DNA from: an uncultured archaeon
Lineage (GTDB): Archaea; Iainarchaeota; Iainarchaeia; Iainarchaeales; CSSED10-239
DNA: 5,687 bases
NCBI GenBank assembly: GCA_964468895.1
Contig: CAYXWT010000045.1
Coordinates: forward strand, 1 to 5,687
Direction: 5' to 3'
The translations under genes and the position numbers were made by a program. The notes beneath the pieces are model-generated. The model did not search any database, was not told the origin of the DNA, and was given only the letters and a program-made list of their open reading frames with translations. How positions within the stretch are numbered: the first letter of the stretch is position 1; each line of letters starts with the position of its first letter. Below, piece after piece: positions 1 to 5,347 of the stretch.

Positions 1-500
1 TCATTACCAATTCTATATGTTTTTGTAGCTCTTTTTCCACAAACATTACATACTGCATCAACATATATTATATTATCACTTATTGCTATTAAAGTACCAA
101 TATCTTTTAATCCATCTTTAAATGGAAATGGATCTCCTTTAAATGTTTGATTAAGTCCACAAACAAAAACATTAATTCCTAAATTATTAATATCTTTAAT
201 TATTTTAATAATTTCTGAATCCAAAAATTGAATTTCATCAATAAATACATTTACTATTTTTTGAATATTATTTAGTTCAATAATTTTTTCAAAAACTTCT
301 TTAGAGTTAGATGCAACTATTGCTTTTCTACTTATTCCATTATGATTTACAACTTCTTCTAAAGAATATCTTTGATCAATATTTGGTTTAAAGATAATAG
401 AATTTCGTTTAGCTATTAGTTCTCTATCCATTAATCTTAATAGTTCAGTAGTTTTTCCAGAAAACATAGGCCCAGTAATGGTAGTTAATAATCCAATCAT
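1..500 (-). CDS. tdk: thymidine kinase (TK1 type); 3' end of the gene runs off the window at position 1
   Basis: Absent from the supplied ORF track because it is open at the window edge. Minus-strand translation from ATG 500..498 has no stop: MIGLLTTITGPMFSGKTTELLRLMDRELIAKRNSIIFKPNIDQRYS...NVFIDEIQFLDSE...VCGLNQTFKGDPFPF...DAVCNVCGKRATKTYRIGN. It carries the P-loop GPMFSGKT, a DExQF box, GL-x3-F-x-G-x-PF and a CxxCG zinc motif, all typical of TK1 thymidine kinases. GTGAT (minus strand, 510..506) lies 5 nt upstream of the ATG and is complementary to the AUCAC of the 16S 3' tail seen at 5634..5645. It starts only 26 nt after the upstream methyltransferase stop, so the two are probably co-transcribed. 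Confidence 0.88.
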   Translation of the reverse strand, partial: MIGLLTTITGPMFSGKTTELLRLMDRELIAKRNSIIFKPNIDQRYSLEEVVNHNGISRKAIVASNSKEVFEKIIELNNIQKIVNVFIDEIQFLDSEIIKIIKDINNLGINVFVCGLNQTFKGDPFPFKDGLKDIGTLIAISDNIIYVDAVCNVCGKRATKTYRIGN

Positions 501-526
501 AATAAATCACATCAATCTAATAAATA

Positions 527-1285
527 TTATATCTTTTTACCTTTAAAAAACAGATACATTTTATCTCCTATTAAATCACTATATATTGGTGCTTCTAAAC
601 TTATGATCTTAGGTACAGTTATTTCTTTAATATAATTTAATTTCAAATTATTATTATTAATTGAATACTTATGATCTTCCAAATCATAATTTACAAAACC
701 AACTATTAATGATTTATTATTAATTGTTTTCATAATAATTTCATAATAAAGTCCTTTTTTATTATAATCTTTTAAATCAATTATCTTGTTTTTTAATTTA
801 ATTGCTTTTTTAGAATCATCTTTATAAAGATCTATAAGATTTGGATGACACAATAATATAAAAAATTGACCATTCTTTTTTAGAACTCTATTAATTTCTT
901 TATAAAATTTATTTAGATCTTTTGGTAACAAATAATGTACAACCATACTACTAATATAAACATCAATAGAATCATCAGGTATCTGTTTTAAATTTAAAAC
1001 ATTTCCAACATGATATTTAATACCTAAAGGCGTTTCAGTTTCTTGTTCGATAGCAATTTTAATCATACCTTTAGATAAATCCATAGCAGTTATAGACTTA
1101 CACTTATATGCTATCTTTCTTGCAAAGTAACCTTCACCACAACCAGCATCCAAAACAGCCTTATTTTTTAAGATATTTTTTATTTCTGAAAATAAAAAAG
1201 GTCGTGCTACAAAATCAGATAAACTAATTGGACTATTTCTTTTCCAATTTTCTGCTTGTTTAGTATAATTACATTTTTCGTTCAT
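527..1285 (-). CDS. class I SAM-dependent methyltransferase (substrate unknown)
   Basis: ORF track 527..1294. Motif I is VLDAGCGEGYF, followed by an acidic residue at the end of beta-2 (ITAMDLS), motif II DVYISSMVVHYL and motif III LKKNGQFFILL, which is the Rossmann-fold MTase pattern. The track start at 1294 is a TTG. The first ATG is at 1285..1283 (MNEKCNY...), and I prefer it. Confidence 0.8.
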   Translation of the reverse strand: MNEKCNYTKQAENWKRNSPISLSDFVARPFLFSEIKNILKNKAVLDAGCGEGYFARKIAYKCKSITAMDLSKGMIKIAIEQETETPLGIKYHVGNVLNLKQIPDDSIDVYISSMVVHYLLPKDLNKFYKEINRVLKKNGQFFILLCHPNLIDLYKDDSKKAIKLKNKIIDLKDYNKKGLYYEIIMKTINNKSLIVGFVNYDLEDHKYSINNNNLKLNYIKEITVPKIISLEAPIYSDLIGDKMYLFFKGKKI

Positions 1286-1347
1286 AAATTTCAAATTAAA
1301 CTTTTATAAATATAGTACTTAATACATTTAATAAAAATAACATTAAT

Positions 1348-1371
1348 ATTAAAGAGAAATATATTTATAAA
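1348..1371 (-). promoter_or_regulatory. copy 1 of a 24-nt repeated TATA-containing element (minus strand TTTATAAATATATTTCTCTTTAAT)
   Basis: 1348..1366 is identical over 19 nt to 5506..5524. Extended to 24 nt (1348..1371 vs 5506..5529) there is one mismatch. On the minus strand it begins with a TATA-like TTTATAAATA. It lies between tRNA-Tyr and the methyltransferase gene. Confidence 0.35.
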
Positions 1372-1401
1372 GATTAATTTTTTTTAAAAAAGAAGTTAGT
1401 A

Positions 1402-1502
1402 TCCCTCCTCCCAGATTTGAACTGGGGATCTACCGGTTACTGCCAAAACAGTAAAAACTATTTGTCTACAGCCGGTCGCACTAACCGCTATGCTAAGGAG
1501 GG
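1402..1502 (-). tRNA. tRNA-Tyr (anticodon GUA) with a 28-nt intron at the canonical 37/38 position; no encoded CCA
   Basis: Folded by hand on the minus strand: acceptor CCCTCCT/AGGAGGG plus discriminator A; D stem GCAT/GTGC; anticodon stem ACCGG/CCGGT; loop C-T-GTA-G | intron | A; variable AGATC; T arm CCCAG-TTCAAAT-CTGGG. The C1-G72 first pair is the archaeal/eukaryal tRNA-Tyr identity pair. Confidence 0.92.
1438..1465 (-). other. tRNA-Tyr intron (ACAAAUAGUUUUUACUGUUUUGGCAGUA) in a bulge-helix-bulge context
   Basis: A central 4-bp helix C32-U33-G34-U35 / G-C-A-G is flanked by two 3-nt bulges, AG|A and UA|A, that contain the two splice sites. An inner helix CAAAUAG / CUG(U)UUUG closes a UUUUUA loop. 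This is the canonical substrate geometry of the archaeal splicing endonuclease. Confidence 0.85.
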
Positions 1503-1524
1503 TATATTTAATCTATTTTTTCAC

Positions 1525-1532
1525 TTTTAAAA
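1525..1532 (-). promoter_or_regulatory. TATA-like box upstream of tRNA-Tyr
   Basis: Minus strand reads TTTTTTTTAAAAG. The TTTTAAAA core is centred ~26-27 nt upstream of the tRNA 5' end at 1502, which is archaeal promoter geometry. TATA-like strings are common in DNA this AT-rich, so support is positional only. Confidence 0.4.
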
Positions 1533-1599
1533 AAAATAGTATATATTATATATAAGGTAAAAAAGATTTATAAATGTATTATCTAAGAACTAAATAAAT

Positions 1600-2460
1600 T
1601 TATTTTCTAAGAGTTGCTTTTTTAATAACTTTTTTAGTATTTCTTTCTTTAATAACTTCGGATCTATATTTTTTTTGATTTTTTAAAGTTCTTTTAATAT
1701 AACTAGTCATTTCTTTTTTAAGATTAGTAATATAAGATTTACTTTCTAAAGATGATAATTTTTGTCCATTATAAATTTTAACTATCTTTCCAAAAATATT
1801 AGTTCTAAATGAATACACTATTAATGTAGTTGGATCTAAACATAACTTATTAAAACCATATATACCACCATGTGTTGGTGTCTTTAAAAATACTCTTTTA
1901 TACTTATCATCTATTTTTACTTTAGAAGTATATATTTTACCTTCTTTAAATGCTTGAATAAAACCATGTGCTGTTTCAAAACAAGAACCTGATAATGATG
2001 AAGAAATTAAATTTTTATTTAACAATCCTTTTTTTATACCTATAAATCTTTTTTTTAAATTATAAGATGACTTCTTATGATATTTATAAATTTCTAAATT
2101 ATTTATAAAATCATATAAAAATAAGTGTGTTTTATTTGGATCTAATTTTATAATATTTGTAATTATAAATTGCCTTTCTTTTTCACTGGTTTTTTTAGAA
2201 ATAAATTCATGCAAAGTAAAATTAGATATTAATTTAGAATATAAAAAAAGAGTATTTCTATAACGAAAATTATTTTTTAAAGCAATATTTAAAAGAGGTT
2301 CTAAAAAATTAGGTATATACTCTAAAGATTTAGAGTAAATACTAGGAATATCCTTATTTTTAGAACCAAAACTAATATTATAAACTCTATTTACATCTAA
2401 ATTTTGTAATATCAATTCTTTTCTTTGTTTTGGGTCATAAGAGACATTTATTTTAATCAT
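1600..2460 (-). CDS. hypothetical protein with a transglutaminase-like (papain-fold) Cys-His-Asp signature and a basic C-terminus
   Basis: ORF track, 286 aa; an ORF this long is very unlikely by chance in such stop-rich DNA. Residues 158-181, GSCFETAHGFIQAFKEGKIYTSKV, resemble the transglutaminase-core pattern G-x-C-x-x-F-A-H-x-F-x-A...G-I-P-A-R-x-V. H197 (THGG) and D209 (LDPT) follow with C-to-H spacing of 37 aa and H-to-D spacing of 12 aa. I checked the codons: C160 = 1981..1983, H197 = 1870..1872, D209 = 1834..1836. AGGA lies 4 nt upstream of the ATG. Confidence 0.7.
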   Translation of the reverse strand: MIKINVSYDPKQRKELILQNLDVNRVYNISFGSKNKDIPSIYSKSLEYIPNFLEPLLNIALKNNFRYRNTLFLYSKLISNFTLHEFISKKTSEKERQFIITNIIKLDPNKTHLFLYDFINNLEIYKYHKKSSYNLKKRFIGIKKGLLNKNLISSSLSGSCFETAHGFIQAFKEGKIYTSKVKIDDKYKRVFLKTPTHGGIYGFNKLCLDPTTLIVYSFRTNIFGKIVKIYNGQKLSSLESKSYITNLKKEMTSYIKRTLKNQKKYRSEVIKERNTKKVIKKATLRK

Positions 2461-2479
2461 ATTTTCCTAATTAAAATAA

Positions 2480-2953
2480 TTATTTTTTTGGCTTTTTTAG
2501 TTTTTTTGGCTTTTTTGGCTTTTTTGAATTTTTTGTTTTCATTAATTTCTTTTTAGATGGAAAAGGTATTTGACCATAATTTAATATAAGTTCATTCTTT
2601 TCACAAAATATATTTAGTAAATAAATCTTTACAGCTGTTATATAAGCAATTTTTTGTTTTTTTATTAAATGTTCAGGTAATACTTTAGCAATAAGAGTTT
2701 TTATTTTTCTAGAATTTAAATCATTATAAAAAGAAGCAAAATCTTTTTCCAATAATGAATTAGTTTGTTCTAATAATAAATCCATATCTATTAATCTATT
2801 TAAATAATCTTTAATTTTCTGAGAACTTGTAAATTGAACACTTCCTAAATATTCAATTATATCTTCAATTGTAGTTTTAGATTCAACAGTTAGTTTTTTA
2901 ACACTTACAAAACCATCTAAATTTATTATAAATTGAGCACTATCTTGAGTCAT
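2480..2953 (-). CDS. hypothetical protein; possible winged-helix-like N-terminal half and a lysine/proline repeat tail (SKKPKKPKKLKKPKK)
   Basis: ORF track, 157 aa, ATG at 2953..2951. Its stop lies 19 nt before the start of the 1600..2460 ORF on the same strand. The segment TIEDIIEYLGSVQFTSSQKIKDYLNRLIDMDLL has the look of a helix-turn-helix/wing recognition region; this is pattern recognition only. The C-terminal 25 residues are almost all K/P. Confidence 0.7.
   Translation of the reverse strand: MTQDSAQFIINLDGFVSVKKLTVESKTTIEDIIEYLGSVQFTSSQKIKDYLNRLIDMDLLLEQTNSLLEKDFASFYNDLNSRKIKTLIAKVLPEHLIKKQKIAYITAVKIYLLNIFCEKNELILNYGQIPFPSKKKLMKTKNSKKPKKPKKLKKPKK
2483..2526 (-). repeat. low-complexity T6-7GGC repeat (plus strand) encoding the KKPKK tail
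   Basis: Plus strand reads T7GGC T6AG T7GGC T6GGC T6G. In the mRNA this gives A6 and A7 homopolymer runs separated by GCC/CUA. Confidence 0.9.
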
Positions 2954-3052
2954 ATATTTCCACCATTTTTATTTAATTAAAATTATACTTTATAACATAA
3001 AATAAGAAGTAAATAATTATAAATTAATTGTTTTTAAAAGATATTATTTTTT

Positions 3053-3059
3053 AAAAAAA
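3053..3059 (-). terminator. oligo-T tract (T7 on the minus strand) just 3' of the RNase P RNA
   Basis: A7 on the plus strand at 3053..3059, directly after the 3' strand of helix P1. Oligo-T is the usual archaeal termination signal. Confidence 0.45.
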
Positions 3060-3060
3060 T

Positions 3061-3318
3061 ATTAGTAGTAGTTAGTTATAAGCCACCTTCTGTATTTAAT
3101 AGTAATTAATCTGAGCGAGTTAAACTCTTGCACCCTAACTTCCGCACATTTCAGCTATTTTTTAGATCTATCAAGTTTGCCTATCATTTATTAATCTAAA
3201 ACAGTATTGTTTCTGTTCAGAAGAATACTTATGAAGTATTTATTTTTAGAATAGTGGGTGGGTGGACTTTACTTATCTTTTATAAAATAAAAGAGTTACT
3301 AAACACTAACTACTAATA
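3061..3318 (-). ncRNA. rnpB: RNase P RNA (compact, AT-rich); ends approximate to about 10 nt
   Basis: There is no ORF here. The minus strand has GTAAAGTC (3272..3265) matching universal CR-I GNAANNUC. AGATTAAT (3112..3105) matches CR-IV AGNNNNAU. ACAGAAGGTGGCTTA (3093..3079) matches CR-V ACNNAANNNNGNNUA. AAG-U-CCACC (3269..3261) pairs with GGTGGCTT to give helix P4 with the conserved bulged U. The termini pair as P1 (TAGTAGTTAGT with ACTAACTACTA). A TATA-like box lies ~26 nt upstream and a T7 tract follows the 3' end. Confidence 0.85.
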
Positions 3319-3337
3319 TATAATATAGATAATAGAA

Positions 3338-3346
3338 ATATAAAAA
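3338..3346 (-). promoter_or_regulatory. TATA-like box for the RNase P RNA gene
   Basis: Minus strand TTTTTATAT is centred ~26 nt upstream of the first P1 nucleotides (~3317). Confidence 0.45.
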
Positions 3347-3350
3347 GAGA

Positions 3351-3372
3351 TTGTTTTTATTTTTAAAAACAA
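3351..3372 (-). terminator. A/U hairpin (8-bp stem TTGTTTTT/AAAAACAA, 6-nt loop) downstream of the 237-aa membrane-protein gene
   Basis: Perfect inverted repeat ~30 nt after the stop at 3402, followed on the minus strand by TCTCTTTTT. It may end the upstream mRNA before the RNase P promoter. The stem is weak because it is all A/U apart from one G-C pair. Confidence 0.3.
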
Positions 3373-3401
3373 TATAAATAATTTATGATTTAATATAAAT
3401 T

Positions 3402-4115
3402 TTATTTTAGTTTGGTATTAATTTCATAAAATACACTATAAAATCCACTGTTTATTAAATAAAGGTAAAATATAAAAATAATATTAGATAAATAAGAACT
3501 TATACTTGGAAATAAATTAATAACTATAAAAATTAATATTATAAACAGTATTGTATAAATTATAACATAACCTATAAAATATTGTAAACATACAAAAAAT
3601 TTATTTGTAAAAATAAGTTTTAAATTATTATGAATATTAAATATACTTTCAAATTTTTTAGATTTTAAATAGCTTATAAAACCTATTATTTTTAAAAATT
3701 CTATAATTAATACTAATAAAATTAATATTAAAATAAAAATTAAAAATATAATATTACTAATACCTGATGACATTAAAGTTAAATCTATTAAAGATGATAT
3801 CAAATCTATTTTATATACTAATTGAAAAATCATTGCAATTAAAAATACAAATATTAATTGGAATATAAAAAATACAATTGAAGTAACTATATATATTCCT
3901 GATATTTCTAATAAGTGTTTTAATGATTTTTTATAAGTATTTAATTTTTTAAGTAGTTTTAAAGAAACTAAAGATGTTCCAAATACAAAAACTAAAACTA
4001 AACTTAAAATAGAAATTATTGGATCTATAAAAGATATTATACACAAAATTAAAATTATTACAAAAAATTTAATATTTAAAAAACCAAATAAAAATTTATT
4101 TTTAAAATCTAACAT
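3402..4115 (-). CDS. polytopic membrane protein, function unknown (about 6 hydrophobic segments, extremely I/L/F-rich)
   Basis: ORF track, 237 aa, ATG at 4115..4113. Long hydrophobic runs alternate with short K/N-rich loops. I recognise no catalytic or family motif. No Shine-Dalgarno-like sequence precedes the ATG. Confidence 0.7.
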   Translation of the reverse strand: MLDFKNKFLFGFLNIKFFVIILILCIISFIDPIISILSLVLVFVFGTSLVSLKLLKKLNTYKKSLKHLLEISGIYIVTSIVFFIFQLIFVFLIAMIFQLVYKIDLISSLIDLTLMSSGISNIIFLIFILILILLVLIIEFLKIIGFISYLKSKKFESIFNIHNNLKLIFTNKFFVCLQYFIGYVIIYTILFIILIFIVINLFPSISSYLSNIIFIFYLYLINSGFYSVFYEINTKLK

Positions 4116-4172
4116 AATTAATCTAAATATTTATGTAGGATTATATTTAAAATACTTATTATATTTTATTTT

Positions 4173-4220
4173 AAAAAAATAGAAAAAAAGAAAAATTAAA
4201 AATAGAATTTAAATTCTATT
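4173..4220 (-). terminator. 20-nt perfect palindrome spanning the stop codon of the 156-aa gene, followed by T5, T5, T7 and T7 tracts
   Basis: 4201..4220 aatagaatttaaattctatt is its own reverse complement and contains the TAG stop (4218..4216). On the minus strand it is followed by TTTTTAATTTTTCTTTTTTTCTATTTTTTT. Confidence 0.4.
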
Positions 4221-4686
4221 CTTTATCTTTCCATGCAAGTAAACAAAGCATTACTATATTTGCAATAGGTACTAAGAAAAGTAATATCAACCATGGTGAA
4301 TAATTTCTTTTCTTGAATATCTTGATATACCAAATTACAGACATGACCGCAGAAAAAACACTTGCAATAGGATTTAAAACTAATCCAACTAAAGGTATCA
4401 TACCTAAAACAAAAGGTAATACAAATGTAAAACCCCACCACCACTTATAATCAGCCAATATAGGTATCAAAAATAAGTTTGCAATAGGAATCCATGCTAA
4501 CCATGGTTTATTGTAACCTAATTTTCTAGCAATTGTTGACATAACTAATGCTGAAAATACATATACTACTAAAAAAACGATTAACAATATCATAGCCATA
4601 CCTGCAATCATAGCAAAAGCTGCTGCTCCTAATCCTGCACCTAATAAAGAAGTTAATAATTCTTCACTCACAATACTTAATAACAT
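4216..4686 (-). CDS. small multi-pass membrane protein, paralog A (internally duplicated NYxPWL...PIAN module)
   Basis: ORF track, 156 aa. A strong Shine-Dalgarno GGAGGT (4699..4694) lies 7 nt upstream of the ATG and is complementary to the 16S tail in this window. The protein shares near-identical blocks with the ORF at 4811..5290. Confidence 0.85.
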   Translation of the reverse strand: MLLSIVSEELLTSLLGAGLGAAAFAMIAGMAMILLIVFLVVYVFSALVMSTIARKLGYNKPWLAWIPIANLFLIPILADYKWWWGFTFVLPFVLGMIPLVGLVLNPIASVFSAVMSVIWYIKIFKKRNYSPWLILLFLVPIANIVMLCLLAWKDKE

Positions 4687-4749
4687 AATTTAAACCTCCA
4701 AAATATTTTAATTAAATATAAATTATTAAAGATATATATTACAGTAAAA

Positions 4750-4757
4750 CTTATAAA
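4750..4757 (-). promoter_or_regulatory. TATA-like box (TTTATAAG) inside a 21-nt block conserved upstream of both paralogs
   Basis: 4737..4757 tattacagtaaaacttataaa matches 5335..5355 tattacaataaaatttataaa at 19 of 21 positions. The blocks sit at similar distances (51-71 and 45-65 nt) from the respective ATGs. Confidence 0.45.
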
Positions 4758-4810
4758 CCCATTCTTTTAAAATTAAACTTTATAGTTTATTTAAAAATAA
4801 AATCAAAATT

Positions 4811-5290
4811 CTAATTTTTATCTTTCCATGCAAGTAAACAAAGTATTACTATGTCTACGATAGGTACTAAGAAAAGTAATATTAACCATGGAGAATAATT
4901 TCTTTTTTTAAAAATCTTAACATACCAAATTATATTCATAACAGTTATAAAAATAAAAAAAATAAAAAATAATATAACTATCATTAAATGAGTTGACATT
5001 AAAAAACTTACAAAAATAAAAGATAAAAGATAAATAAAACCCCACCACCATTTATAATCAGCTAATATTGGTATTAAAAATAAGTTTGCTATAGGAATCC
5101 ATGCTAACCAAGGTTTATTATAATTTAGTTTTCTAGAAATTGTTGAAAAAGCTAATGCTATAAAAGTATATAATACTAAAATGATTATTAATAACACTAT
5201 ATTTAAATTAAAAACAACTGGTAAAATGATCCATTTAATTAAAAATGATAATGAAATCATTAATTCTTTAATTATAGTATTTAGTAACAT
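4811..5290 (-). CDS. small multi-pass membrane protein, paralog B
   Basis: ORF track, 159 aa. The block RKLNYNKPWLAWIPIANLFLIPILADYKWWWGF and the C-terminal IWYVKIFKKRNYSPWLILLFLVPIVDIVILCLLAWKDKN are almost identical to paralog A. The N-terminal 14 aa are also similar (MLLNTIIKELMISL vs MLLSIVSEELLTSL). Confidence 0.85.
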   Translation of the reverse strand: MLLNTIIKELMISLSFLIKWIILPVVFNLNIVLLIIILVLYTFIALAFSTISRKLNYNKPWLAWIPIANLFLIPILADYKWWWGFIYLLSFIFVSFLMSTHLMIVILFFIFFIFITVMNIIWYVKIFKKRNYSPWLILLFLVPIVDIVILCLLAWKDKN

Positions 5291-5347
5291 AATTTAAAAA
5301 TCCAAAATATTATTTTTAATTTAATAAAAATATGTATTACAATAAAA

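Noticed and set aside
1286-1294. TTG start proposed by the ORF track for the methyltransferase (MKFMNEK...)
   Set aside because: Position 1294..1292 is TTG, not ATG. An ATG follows three codons later (1285..1283), and no ribosome-binding signal favours the TTG. I kept the ATG, but the 9-nt difference cannot be resolved from sequence alone.
2483-2526. Short tandem repeats as a possible CRISPR-like or satellite array
   Set aside because: The units are 8-10 nt, lie inside a CDS and simply encode KKPKK. There are no spacers and no repeat-spacer periodicity.
2461-2530. Programmed frameshift in the A-rich tail fusing the 157-aa and 286-aa ORFs
   Set aside because: I read both alternative frames across the junction. 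The -1 frame hits TGA (overlapping the downstream ATG) and the +1 frame hits TAG before the second ORF, so slippage cannot produce a fusion protein.
1402-3318. Possibility that the two hypothetical genes between tRNA-Tyr and RNase P RNA are an integrated element using the tRNA as an attachment site
   Set aside because: There is no integrase or recombinase, no partial duplicate of the tRNA-Tyr 3' half elsewhere in the window, and no change in base composition or strand relative to the neighbours.
4223-4444. 73-aa ORF from the supplied track
   Set aside because: It lies entirely inside the 156-aa membrane-protein ORF on the same strand in another frame. It has no start context of its own and a Cys/Phe/Tyr-rich composition typical of off-frame translation, and the overlapping frame is the one conserved in the paralog at 4811..5290.
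4429-4527. Near-identical block between the paralogs as evidence of recent gene conversion or an assembly duplicate
   Set aside because: The block carries about eight synonymous codon differences against one amino-acid change. The copies are therefore old and the identity is at the protein level.
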